Below are positions 55,939 to 64,000 of a DNA stretch of 64,000 nucleotides, piece by piece. A program made the position numbers and the translations under genes. Location: NCBI GenBank assembly GCA_045636065.1, contig JAZTWW010000046.1, positions 1,489 through 65,488 of the forward strand, read 5' to 3'. The notes under the pieces are model-generated. The model was given only the letters and a program-made list of their open reading frames with translations, searched no databases and was not told where the DNA came from. The first letter of the stretch is position 1. Each line of letters starts with the position of its first letter. This stretch comes from Kiritimatiellia bacterium (GTDB lineage Bacteria > Verrucomicrobiota > Kiritimatiellia > RFP12 > UBA1067).

Positions 55939-56299
55939 AAGGCCCGAGAAACTCCTCGGCGAAATCGAAGCCGCCGATGAAATCGTCGCGCGAGTCGCAC
56001 TCCGACTTGCCGACCATGCCTGCGTCATGCAGGTTGTAGACGATGTTACCCACGTCCTCGCAGCACTTGATCCCCCAGTCCTCCATGACGGCGTACGCCA
56101 TGGGCCCGAATGCGTCGAGCGCAAGGTCGCGGAAGGTGTCGACGAGGACGCTTCCGGGGACGGACTCCCCCTTCGCCTCCTCGGACGCGCGCTCTAGCAC
56201 GGCGAGTATGAAGTCGTACGCGTGCGCGTCGTATCTCGAGTCCTTCGCAAGTATGGCCGAATAGTCGGCCGTGCCGTATGCTATCTGGGGTATCTGCAT
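55928..56299 (-). CDS. hypothetical protein
   Basis: 123-aa acidic protein between HIT and rsgA genes in the same operon. No motif recognised. Confidence 0.45.
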   Translation of the reverse strand: MQIPQIAYGTADYSAILAKDSRYDAHAYDFILAVLERASEEAKGESVPGSVLVDTFRDLALDAFGPMAYAVMEDWGIKCCEDVGNIVYNLHDAGMVGKSECDSRDDFIGGFDFAEEFLGPYAV

Positions 56300-56704
56300 C
56301 TACTGCATCCTGATGCGAGCGGCGAGCGCGGCGAGCTCGGCCATGTCGGCCTTGCGGCCCGCAAATTCGAGAGGGTCGCCGTTTTTGCGCGGGATGATGT
56401 GGAAATGTATGTGGGGGACGGTCTGCCCGGCGGCGGCTCCGTTGTTCTGGAGGATGTTGAAGCCGTCGGCGCCAAGGGCTTCCTTCAGGTGGGCGGCGAC
56501 CTTCCTTACGCGGGCGATGAGGGATGCGAGCAGCTCGTCGCCGGCATCGAGAAGGCCCGTCCTGTGCTCTTTCGGTATCACAAGCGTGTGGCCTTCAGCA
56601 AAGGGATTGATGTCAAGGTAGGCAAGGGCGACGTCGTCCTCGTATATCTTGAACGAAGGGATTTCCCCTTCCGCTATCGCGCAGAATATGCAATCGTTTT
56701 TCAT
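56300..56704 (-). CDS. HIT-family (histidine triad) hydrolase
   Basis: Motifs MKNDCIFCAIAEGEIPS and HIHFHIIPR. ORF-track start 56926 rejected. Confidence 0.8.
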   Translation of the reverse strand: MKNDCIFCAIAEGEIPSFKIYEDDVALAYLDINPFAEGHTLVIPKEHRTGLLDAGDELLASLIARVRKVAAHLKEALGADGFNILQNNGAAAGQTVPHIHFHIIPRKNGDPLEFAGRKADMAELAALAARIRMQ

Positions 56705-56710
56705 GCGCGT

Positions 56711-56723
56711 ATTATACCAAAAC
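56711..56723 (-). promoter_or_regulatory. extended -10-like promoter motif (TTTGGTATAATAC), leaderless configuration
   Basis: Plus-strand tattataccaaaa 7 nt from the HIT ATG. Confidence 0.45.
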
Positions 56724-56750
56724 GCCGCATGCGAGGCAAGCCTCTCGGCA

Positions 56751-57548
56751 TCAAGACGCGAGGAGGAGGGTGAGGAGGCCGGCGAAGATGCAGTACGGGC
56801 CGAAGAGCCAGAAGCCCCTTCCGCGTATGACCTTGACGAGAAGCGCGAGAGATGCGTAGCCGATGACGGCAGAGACGGCAACGCCCCAGAAAAGCCAGCC
56901 CCATCCAACCTCCACCGCGCCTTCAACCGCGCATGCCTCGGATGAAAAAGCCTCGAAAGCCTGAAGGATCGTCCCGCCGATGATCAGCGGCGCGCTCATA
57001 AGGAAGGAGAACTCCGCAGCCTTCGCGCCGTCCACCCTTGCGCCGCGCGCCGCGGCAAGCGTCATGCCGCTGCGGCTGACGCCCGGAAGGAGCGCCACGG
57101 CCTGCCCTATGCCCATTATGACCGCCCGCCACCAGCCGACGTTCTTGTAGCCGCGCGGCATAAGCCTCGTGCCAAGAAGAACCGCGCCCGTGAACATGAG
57201 AAGCGCGCCGACCATCTGGACGTTCTCCTGGAGAGACTCGATCCCGTCACGGAAGAGGAAATAGACGGGCACCGCGGGGATGGCCGCAACGATCAGCTTC
57301 CCTGAGTATTCGAGCCAGTCGCGCTCGAGCCTGAGGCACCCGGCAAGGATCGCAAGGATCTCACGCCTGTAGTACGCGAAGATCGCAATGAGCGTGCCGA
57401 AATGGAGCATTACGTTTAGCCTCATCCCGGCATCGTGCATGCCGAGGAAATGCTGCCCTATCACAAGATGGCCGCTGGACGAGACCGGAAGGAACTCGGC
57501 CACGCCCTGAAGAACTGCAAGTGCGGTTACGCTTAGAAATTCACCCAT
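56751..57548 (-). CDS. uppP: undecaprenyl-diphosphate phosphatase
   Basis: BacA/UppP motifs FLPVSSSGHL, LPGVSRSGMTL and multiple TM helices. Confidence 0.85.
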   Translation of the reverse strand: MGEFLSVTALAVLQGVAEFLPVSSSGHLVIGQHFLGMHDAGMRLNVMLHFGTLIAIFAYYRREILAILAGCLRLERDWLEYSGKLIVAAIPAVPVYFLFRDGIESLQENVQMVGALLMFTGAVLLGTRLMPRGYKNVGWWRAVIMGIGQAVALLPGVSRSGMTLAAARGARVDGAKAAEFSFLMSAPLIIGGTILQAFEAFSSEACAVEGAVEVGWGWLFWGVAVSAVIGYASLALLVKVIRGRGFWLFGPYCIFAGLLTLLLAS

Positions 57549-57563
57549 CGGAAATCCCCTTCA

Positions 57564-57595
57564 ACAAAAAAAGAATCCTCTTTCCGAGGATTCCT
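57564..57595 (-). terminator. rho-independent terminator downstream of tRNA-Asp
   Basis: Minus-strand GGAATCCTC-ggaaa-GAGGATTC hairpin followed by TTTTTTTG. Confidence 0.6.
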
Positions 57596-57613
57596 TTTTC
57601 CACGCTTCACAAC

Positions 57614-57688
57614 TGGCGGGCTCAAGGGGAATCGAACCCCTCTCTCCGGATCGACAGTCCGGGGTCCTAACCGATGAACGATGAGCCC
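57614..57688 (-). tRNA. tRNA-Asp (anticodon GTC), CCA encoded
   Basis: Manual fold: acceptor GGGCTCA/TGAGCCC, D-arm GTTC...GGAC, anticodon stem CCGGA/TCCGG with loop CTGTCGA, T-arm AGGGG-TTCGATT-CCCCT, discriminator G. Confidence 0.8.
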
Positions 57689-57710
57689 CTCGTGTCGTGA
57701 AGACGGTGTG

Positions 57711-57723
57711 TATTATACTAAAT
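57711..57723 (-). promoter_or_regulatory. -10-like promoter motif (TTTAGTATAATAC) for tRNA-Asp
   Basis: Plus-strand tattatactaaat ~23 nt upstream of the tRNA 5' end. Confidence 0.45.
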
Positions 57724-57749
57724 CCCCGTTTGAAAATCAAGTGGTATTT

Positions 57750-58748
57750 TCAAAAAATTTTCATCTCCTGGCATGCCATCACTGCCGTATAGGCAACCAT
57801 TATAAGAAGCCACACGAGGCCCTTCCATCGCGTCACGAGACCGTTCTCGCGCACGTTGCGCCAGTTGAGGCCGAAAAGCGTTATGAGAACGCTCACAAGG
57901 ACCATCACGGGCATGTCGCGCGTAAGCACGTACGGGGATATCCTCTCGAACGGCTGGATCGTCCCTGCAAGGCCGACGACCGCAAGGATGTTGAAGAAGT
58001 TCGAGCCTATTATGTTCCCGAGAACGAACTCGTGCTCGCCCTTCCTCGCGCTCACGATCGCGCTCGCCAGCTCGGGGAGGCTCGTTCCGACGGCGACAAT
58101 CGTAAGGCCGATCATAAGGTCGCTCACACCGGCCGAGCGCGCCGTCTGGACGCAGCCCCATACGAGGATGTGCGAACTGCCGGCAAGGAGCGCAAGCCCC
58201 ACGGCGAGCTTGACGGTAGAGCTCCACCCTTCGCCCTTGGCGGGCGGCGCCTCCTCCTTCTTCGGAGCCTTGGAGGATATGCGCTGGTCGAATATGCAGT
58301 AGAGCGGCAGCAGTATGAAGAAGGCCGCAAGCTCGAGGATGCCGTCCGTCCTGCTGAAGCCGTCACCAGCGCCGACGAGAAGGCAGCTGAAAAGCGATAT
58401 CGCGACCAAGGCCGGCGCCGCCACGAGGCTTACGCCCGGCTTGACGGGAAGAGGCCTTATGAGCGCCGCGATTCCAAGTATGAACGCTATATTGAAGATC
58501 GCGCTTCCGTAGGCGTTGCCGAGGCTCAGGTCGCTGTGGCCGCCGCTCGCCGAAAGAGCGCTCACGCAAAGCTCGGGCGCGCTCGTCCCGAAACCGATTA
58601 TCACCATGCCGACGATAAGCGGCGATATCCCCAGGACGCGCGCAAGGGATGCGGCGCCTGCGACGAACATGTCCGCGCTCCACGCGAGAACCGCAAGCCC
58701 CGCGACTATGAACAAAATGGCGATCCAAAGCTGGATTTCAGGATACAT
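57750..58748 (-). CDS. calcium/sodium:cation antiporter (CaCA / YrbG family)
   Basis: Duplicated alpha-repeat motifs GTSAPEL and GTSLPEL. About 10 TM helices. Confidence 0.8.
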   Translation of the reverse strand: MYPEIQLWIAILFIVAGLAVLAWSADMFVAGAASLARVLGISPLIVGMVIIGFGTSAPELCVSALSASGGHSDLSLGNAYGSAIFNIAFILGIAALIRPLPVKPGVSLVAAPALVAISLFSCLLVGAGDGFSRTDGILELAAFFILLPLYCIFDQRISSKAPKKEEAPPAKGEGWSSTVKLAVGLALLAGSSHILVWGCVQTARSAGVSDLMIGLTIVAVGTSLPELASAIVSARKGEHEFVLGNIIGSNFFNILAVVGLAGTIQPFERISPYVLTRDMPVMVLVSVLITLFGLNWRNVRENGLVTRWKGLVWLLIMVAYTAVMACQEMKIF

Positions 58749-58749
58749 C

Positions 58750-59760
58750 CTAGAGTCTCCCCGTTTTGCGGACCTGATCGAGTGCGGCGTCCACCGCCGG
58801 GAGGCCAGAGTGCTGGACCATCCTGAAGGGAAGCTGCATTGAAAGCGGCCTTAGAAAGCGCATCATGCGCCCGTTTCTCACGCGGATTGTGCCGGGCACC
58901 CGCCCTTCGCGCACCATCACCGTAAGAAGCCTCTGCGCAAGGCTCTCCCAGAGCCTCTGAAGCCCCGCGCCAGGGCCTGAAAGTATCGCATGGGGATCGT
59001 TCTCGTCCGCGGGGACGTCTCCAACGCTCATCATGTTCCAGAGGATGCGGCCGCCGCCCTGCGAATCCATCACGGCGAAGATGTAGAGGATCCTCGGGCG
59101 CTTCTCGTTCGTGCGCCACTCGGGCATGGGAATGAAGTCGGCCTCCCATTCGACATCCTTCTCGACGGGAAGCTTCTTCGCCTTCGCGAGATCGGCGTTC
59201 CTCAAAGCGACGCGCTCGGAACGCGCGAGCCCGGGATCGGGTGGAAGAGTGAACTTCCCGTCGCGCCATGCGCCGCCGCCGTCCTGCCGCCTTGCGAAAA
59301 GCGCCCTTTCGGACGCATGCTTCATGAGAAGTTCGGGATCCTCCTCTATGCGCATCATAAGCCCGTAGCATTCGTAGAGGACGTGCGCGAGCGTCTGCCT
59401 CTCGCGCTCGTCATCGACAAGGTGGGGGATGAAACCCGGCATGTAGGAGAATATCTCGAACCCGCCGTCGGAGCCTACGAGAAGCGCCGTGTGCATGAAA
59501 TCGAGCTGGCTACGCCCGACGCCGTACTCGGGGAAACGCTGCGCGATCGCAAAATCGCGGAACGTGTCGAATCCGCTGAACATGAGCAGCTTCGCCTTTA
59601 TGTACTTGCCCGAGGAGGCGGGCTTTGCGGCTCTCTCCACGGCGCAGATGAACGGCGCCTCCGCCCCGCGCGGCACGACGGCCCACTGGTGCTTGACCCT
59701 GTCCCAGACGTCAAGGGCGACTATCGCCTTCGCGACCTCGTATGGATTGTCCCTGTCCAA
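58750..59760 (-). CDS. hypothetical protein
   Basis: 336-aa soluble protein between fkp and the antiporter in one operon. No family recognised. Confidence 0.45.
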   Translation of the reverse strand: MDRDNPYEVAKAIVALDVWDRVKHQWAVVPRGAEAPFICAVERAAKPASSGKYIKAKLLMFSGFDTFRDFAIAQRFPEYGVGRSQLDFMHTALLVGSDGGFEIFSYMPGFIPHLVDDERERQTLAHVLYECYGLMMRIEEDPELLMKHASERALFARRQDGGGAWRDGKFTLPPDPGLARSERVALRNADLAKAKKLPVEKDVEWEADFIPMPEWRTNEKRPRILYIFAVMDSQGGGRILWNMMSVGDVPADENDPHAILSGPGAGLQRLWESLAQRLLTVMVREGRVPGTIRVRNGRMMRFLRPLSMQLPFRMVQHSGLPAVDAALDQVRKTGRL

Positions 59761-59785
59761 GATGCGTTTCCCTTCGCAGAAGATG

Positions 59786-62569
59786 CTAGAGGACCGTCAC
59801 CTTCATGCCTTCGTCGTCTATCGCGAAATCGAAGAAACGCCCGTCGCCGTTCGGCGGATCGGCTTCGAAGTCCTCCCTGATGGCGCGTGCGTCCTCAGCG
59901 CTCTTTGCGATCATGAAGACGAATCCGCCGCCGCCCGCGCCAGGGAGCATCGCGACAAGGACGCGATCCTTGACGCGTTCGAGCATCTCCTCGATCTGCT
60001 CCGTCGTGGAGCCGGGATCGATCGACTTCTTGAGCGACCAGTATTCCGCGACACCCTGCGCAAAGGCCTCGAGGTTCTGCGCGTCAAGGGCGCGGCGCGT
60101 CCTCTCGGCGCCTTCCTTGAGGCGGACGACTGTATCCATAAGGCCGCGGTCCCTGTCGAGATAGCGGTTGACGACGTTCTTGAGGATGTTCTTCGCAAGC
60201 CTCTTGCGGCCCGTGAAATAGAGGAGCGAACGCGCCCTGAAATCGTCGCCGAAGAGCCTCGCGGGAGTCCACCTGAGGCTCGGGGTCTGGTCGGGGCCGG
60301 GCTCGGTCCTGACGAGCTTGACGCCCGGGAGCATGCCGCCGAGCTGGTCCTGCCAGCCGCCGCCGGTACTCATCCTCTGCTCGAGGACGCTCGTAAGAAG
60401 CGTAAGGCGCTCCGGGTTGAACGGCTCGCCCGAAACCCTGTCGAGGCAGGCGAGAAGCGCGCAGCCGAGGATGCTCGAAGTGCCCATGCCGCTACCCTTG
60501 GGAAGCGCGGAGAATATCGTGATGTCAAGGCCTCCGCCAAACGCCTCAAGCCTCCTGGAGAGGCTCTCGCGCGGATCGGAGGGGACGATTCCCGTAAGGA
60601 CTAGCGCGGCCCTTGCAAGCGAATCCCATGCGTGGGGGTCGGGCGGCGCGAGAAGATCGGCCGTCTTCGTGTACGTTATGCTCTCGCCAAGGTCTATCGA
60701 GCTTACGCGGATCGCGTTCTTGCCGTTTAGCTTGGCCATCACCTGGACGGGGTACTGGCCATTGAGCGTGACGGCCGCATTGAGGACGCTTCCGCCAAGC
60801 TCCGTGGAGATCGGGGGAGTGTCGCTCCAGCCGCCCGCGAAATCGAGCCTCACGGGAGTCGTCACCCACACCACCTGGTCGCGGAGGATTGCGGCCTTCC
60901 TAGGCGGCATCTCGGGCGCGTTCTTCTGCACCCCGGCCGCAACCGCGTCGAGCGCGCGCTGCTGCCACTCCTGGGCCTCCTTCGCCCCCGAGATGTGGAC
61001 CATCAGCCGCGCGGCGCGCGCCTTGAGCGCCAGATCCTGCGTCCTTTCGACATACGCCGAAAGGACCTCCTTGAGCGAACGGCGCTCAGAGGGCGTTCTC
61101 ACGTCGGCAAGGATCGAACGTGCCTCAAGCCTGTCGTCTGATTCAAGCCTCGCTATGACCGTCTTCAAATTTACCGTGCGGGCGATCTCGCGCCTTACCG
61201 CGAGGAGCCTCGCGTGGTTCACCTGCGGCATCAGCTCCTTGAGCGAGCGCTTGCGGCCCCTTGCCGTGCCGGAGACGACGGCGTTGATCTCCCCGACCGC
61301 GAAGAGCGGCGCGTCCCAGAGGGTGCCCTCGCCTGTCATGGGCCTGTTGAGATACGTGCCTCCGCGCTCGAATGGCGTCTTGAAGTCGTCCTCGAGGCCG
61401 TACCTTACAGCGGCCCAGTCCTTCTCGCCGACAGGTATCGCGACGAGCCCCTCCCCCTGGCCGAGGATCACGTCAGCCGTACACTCCTTCGGAAGGCCGG
61501 TAAGGATGTTGCCGCCTGAAAGTATCGTGCGGCCCTTGACGCGGTGGCAGCCCTCGATGACGGCGCGCCCCCTGACATCCGGCGGAACGGAGAAGGAACT
61601 GTTGAAGATGAACGCGGAGCCCGGCGCGCCAAGGGGCGCAGGATCGTCAGGCGCGCAGCCGGAGCCTGCCGCGAAGGCGTACTGCGCGGCCGTCTTCGTG
61701 GGCTCCGTGAAGCCGGAGAGGAATTCCCTGGAGCTTCCGATGTGGAAGAACTCGCAGAACGGAAGGACGTTCACCGTGAAGCCCGTCCCCTTCATGGCGT
61801 CCCAAAGTTCGCCAAGCGCGGGGTTCTTCTTGGCGGCGAAGCGTTCGAGGTAGGCGTCTCGGCCGGTGACGAGAGCAAGGGTGAACTCCTCGTAGATGTC
61901 TGTTGCGGGAAGGTCGATCGTCCAGTTCCACGAAACGAGGCTGCGACAGGCGGCCGCATCGAGCGAGAGGATGCCCGTATCGACGGCGACGCGCGAAAAG
62001 ACGTCGCAAGCTCCGGCGGTGCGGGCCTCTGCGGGGGACGGCTTCTGCAGGAAGCCCGTCACCTTGACGCCGTCTGGGGCGACATATACGCCGTGGCGGC
62101 TTCCCTGGTCCATCGAGTCCCAGTAGGCTACGCCGGTGACGCCCGGGCGCGAAAAGTCGACGCCGCGGGGATCGAAGGTTAGAAGGACGTCGCCAGACAT
62201 GACGAGGAGCTGGCCGCCCTCGGGTGCGGGAAGCTCGGCGGCGTTCCTGACGATCAGGTCGAAGAGCGACGCGCCGCACGGCATGGGCGTAAAGATCTTT
62301 CCTGCGGCGGCATAGGCCGGGAGGCGCTTCGAATCGCCGCCCGAATGGCAAACGAGAATGCGCCTCGAACCGATGTCCCCCACGAGCCTCAGGACGTTCA
62401 CGGTGGCGGCGAGGCTTCCGACGCGCTTCCCGCCCGGATCGCACACGACGCGCACCTCGTCGGCGAACGCCTCAAGCCCCGAGCCCATGCGCCAGGCCAG
62501 TTCGGCCCTGTATCCGGCGGCCTGCGCCTCGTTCGCGGCCGTCACAACGAGCATATCGAATTTTTGCAT
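59786..62569 (-). CDS. fkp: bifunctional L-fucokinase / fucose-1-phosphate guanylyltransferase
   Basis: 927 aa with N-terminal pyrophosphorylase domain and C-terminal GHMP-kinase motif LPKGSGMGTSSILGCALLACL. Architecture of Bacteroides Fkp. Promoter motif abuts the ATG. Confidence 0.8.
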   Translation of the reverse strand: MQKFDMLVVTAANEAQAAGYRAELAWRMGSGLEAFADEVRVVCDPGGKRVGSLAATVNVLRLVGDIGSRRILVCHSGGDSKRLPAYAAAGKIFTPMPCGASLFDLIVRNAAELPAPEGGQLLVMSGDVLLTFDPRGVDFSRPGVTGVAYWDSMDQGSRHGVYVAPDGVKVTGFLQKPSPAEARTAGACDVFSRVAVDTGILSLDAAACRSLVSWNWTIDLPATDIYEEFTLALVTGRDAYLERFAAKKNPALGELWDAMKGTGFTVNVLPFCEFFHIGSSREFLSGFTEPTKTAAQYAFAAGSGCAPDDPAPLGAPGSAFIFNSSFSVPPDVRGRAVIEGCHRVKGRTILSGGNILTGLPKECTADVILGQGEGLVAIPVGEKDWAAVRYGLEDDFKTPFERGGTYLNRPMTGEGTLWDAPLFAVGEINAVVSGTARGRKRSLKELMPQVNHARLLAVRREIARTVNLKTVIARLESDDRLEARSILADVRTPSERRSLKEVLSAYVERTQDLALKARAARLMVHISGAKEAQEWQQRALDAVAAGVQKNAPEMPPRKAAILRDQVVWVTTPVRLDFAGGWSDTPPISTELGGSVLNAAVTLNGQYPVQVMAKLNGKNAIRVSSIDLGESITYTKTADLLAPPDPHAWDSLARAALVLTGIVPSDPRESLSRRLEAFGGGLDITIFSALPKGSGMGTSSILGCALLACLDRVSGEPFNPERLTLLTSVLEQRMSTGGGWQDQLGGMLPGVKLVRTEPGPDQTPSLRWTPARLFGDDFRARSLLYFTGRKRLAKNILKNVVNRYLDRDRGLMDTVVRLKEGAERTRRALDAQNLEAFAQGVAEYWSLKKSIDPGSTTEQIEEMLERVKDRVLVAMLPGAGGGGFVFMIAKSAEDARAIREDFEADPPNGDGRFFDFAIDDEGMKVTVL

Positions 62570-62575
62570 AGGTGT

Positions 62576-62588
62576 ATTATACTAAATC
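62576..62588 (-). promoter_or_regulatory. -10-like promoter motif (TTTAGTATAATAC), leaderless configuration
   Basis: Plus-strand tattatactaaat 7 nt from the fkp ATG. Confidence 0.45.
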
Positions 62589-62664
62589 CATCCCTTTAGT
62601 TCAAGGACAACGCGCGGAGGGGAGAAACGGACGCATTGGAAACGTTTCAGCGATCAGCAGCCGA

Positions 62665-63360
62665 CTATTGCATGGCGGCAAGGCGCTCGAGGACGAGATG
62701 GGCGAGATTTAGGCCCATGGCGGCCGTGACCTGCATGGCAGAGGCAAGCGTAGTCGAGCCGGCAGGGCGCGAAACGCGTTCATCGCTCCAGGCGCACATG
62801 AAAGGCCTCTCCGGGATGCCGCCCGTCCGGCGGAACGTGTGGCGCAGGGCCCTTGCAAGCGGATCGCCTTCGATGCGGGAGAAGAGATCGGTCCTGACCC
62901 TGCGCGGATCGAACCTCAAAGCGGCCCCCATGGCGGAAAAAAGCTCCGTCCCTTCAAGGGAGAGGGCATGGCGTATGAGATCGGCCTTGTCGGGGACGGA
63001 ATCTATCGCATCGACGATGGCATGATGGCCTTCAAGATCGAAAGAGGTGGCAGTCTCTTTTGTGTACCGCGATGGAAAGACGGCGAGGGATATAGCGGGA
63101 TTGATCTCCTTTAGCCGCGCTGCAAGAACTTCCACCTTGGGTAGGCCGACAGTCTTCGCTGTCGCCATCACCTGGCGGTTTACGTTAGTCTCCTCGACCT
63201 TGTCGAAATCGACGAGCGTGAGATGGCCTACGCCCGAGCGTGCAAGGCATTCCGCGCACCATCCGCCCACCCCGCCGACGCCGAACACGGCGACGCGCCC
63301 TGAGGATATGCCGCCGAAACGTGGCCCGTAGAGGGCCGCAACCCTGTCGAAAGCGCCCAC
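62665..63360 (-). CDS. tcdA: tRNA threonylcarbamoyladenosine dehydratase (ThiF/MoeB E1-like)
   Basis: Motif VAVFGVGGVGGWCAECLARSGVGHLTLVDFDKVEETNVNRQ. Confidence 0.8.
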   Translation of the reverse strand: MGAFDRVAALYGPRFGGISSGRVAVFGVGGVGGWCAECLARSGVGHLTLVDFDKVEETNVNRQVMATAKTVGLPKVEVLAARLKEINPAISLAVFPSRYTKETATSFDLEGHHAIVDAIDSVPDKADLIRHALSLEGTELFSAMGAALRFDPRRVRTDLFSRIEGDPLARALRHTFRRTGGIPERPFMCAWSDERVSRPAGSTTLASAMQVTAAMGLNLAHLVLERLAAMQ

Positions 63361-63375
63361 GGGAAGACTCCGGCG

Positions 63376-64000
63376 CTAGCGCTTGGACTGGACGAACCTG
63401 ATGAACTCCTCGCTCTCCGCCTCGTTCGCAGTGTGGGCGATGTAGAACTGCTGGCCCATCTGCGGCCACATGAGCGGAGGGTTCCTGCCGACCATGGCGA
63501 TCTGCGGACCCCAGCGGTCGAGGATCTCCTCGTTCGAATGGACGTAGGTGTGGATGTCGCGGCGGCCCGCGTAGACGCACGAGTGGTCCTCGTGCCTGTC
63601 GGGAAGGCGCCTGCCGTCGAAAGTCACCATGTCGGCCCAGATCTGGAAGACGTCCGTGGAATGGCCCCAGTTCATCATGTCTGGCGTATGGCCGCCCGGC
63701 GGACGCATATTCACCTCAAGGCCCACGAAATCGCCTGCCTCGCCGAGCCCGGGCTTGGCGCTTCTCAGGCGGAAGAACTCGAGATGCACGAAGCGGCTCT
63801 TCGCGTTGAACGCCCTCACGCTTGCACGCCCGAGCTTCCTGAGCGAATCGGGCATCGAGGGGGCCGTGTAGTATGCGAGATCGAGCTGCTTCGTCACGAT
63901 CTCAGCGATGGAAGGCGGCCACACCGTCATGTTCTCGAAAAGCGGATGGCAGTGGGAGTCGGTGATGGCGTCGTACGAGAAGATGTCGCCGTCGATGAAC
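63376..64000 (-). CDS. ATP-grasp domain protein (partial; N-terminus outside window)
   Basis: Reading frame stays open to the window end. C-terminal ATP-grasp ExN motif GLEVNMRPPGG. ORF-track internal Met 63930 probably not the start. Confidence 0.4.
   Translation of the reverse strand, partial: FIDGDIFSYDAITDSHCHPLFENMTVWPPSIAEIVTKQLDLAYYTAPSMPDSLRKLGRASVRAFNAKSRFVHLEFFRLRSAKPGLGEAGDFVGLEVNMRPPGGHTPDMMNWGHSTDVFQIWADMVTFDGRRLPDRHEDHSCVYAGRRDIHTYVHSNEEILDRWGPQIAMVGRNPPLMWPQMGQQFYIAHTANEAESEEFIRFVQSKR

Noticed and set aside
47528-56926. Long N-terminal extensions in the ORF track for radical SAM (to 47903), psd (to 49490), rsgA (to 56124), HIT (to 56926), ACP (to 7062), DUF4160 (to 3706) and antitoxin (to 28657)
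   Set aside because: Extensions are GC-rich low-complexity read-through or overlap upstream genes. Internal ATGs with SD sequences, or 1-nt stop/start coupling, mark the real starts.

Overview
The window is a composite. A ~31 kb low-GC island (about 480-31,560; roughly 40-55% GC by eye) is inserted into a high-GC (~65%) chromosomal backbone (1-300 and 31,600-64,000).

Island contents, all on the minus strand:
- About 25 kb is one co-directional Wzx/Wzy-type polysaccharide-biosynthesis gene array.
- It contains four GT2 and three GT4 glycosyltransferases, a Wzx flippase and a Wzy-like polymerase.
- Teichoic-acid-like decoration genes: three LicD paralogs, two TagD-like cytidylyltransferases (one fused to a Gfo/Idh/MocA oxidoreductase) and a ThrH-like HAD phosphotransferase.
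- Other modification genes: a YdjC/ChbG deacetylase, a TupA-like ATP-grasp amidoligase and a GNAT.
- An embedded 9-gene acyl-chain module: AMP-ligase, three ACPs, two FabH-like KAS III, two SDR reductases and a GNAT.
- A DUF4160/DUF2442 pair sits inside the operon.

Upstream of the locus lie three small, dissimilar hypothetical genes (possibly one split gene), a 548-bp ORF-free region and an AbiEii/AbiGii-type TA pair. Next comes a ~2.7 kb non-coding repeat array. It holds three copies of a ~300-bp element (one inverted), ~285-bp tandem repeats, palindromic mini-hairpins, and a GxxExxY gene plus a truncated duplicate.

The high-GC backbone carries housekeeping operons on the minus strand:
- accD-accA-topoisomerase IIA subunit A-hemC/cobA/hemD fusion-NYN.
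- An Orn/Lys/Arg decarboxylase and a secreted GH89 alpha-N-acetylglucosaminidase.
- ybeY, uvrC, tatA and an mraY/wecA-like gene.
- rluA, a radical SAM gene, pssA and psd.
- A Gfo/Idh/MocA oxidoreductase and an orphan ABC substrate-binding protein.
- aroQ, trmD, rplS and rpsP.
- rsgA, a HIT protein, uppP and tRNA-Asp.
- A CaCA antiporter and the Bacteroides-type bifunctional fucokinase/GDP-fucose pyrophosphorylase fkp.
- tcdA and a partial ATP-grasp gene.

A conserved extended -10-like promoter motif (minus-strand sense TTTGGTATAATAT) occurs at least 12 times immediately upstream of minus-strand gene starts, often abutting the start codon (leaderless).

Most long plus-strand ORFs in the GC-rich half lie antisense to genes with recognisable family motifs and are treated as artefacts. 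Coordinates derived by hand counting may be off by 1-2 nt.
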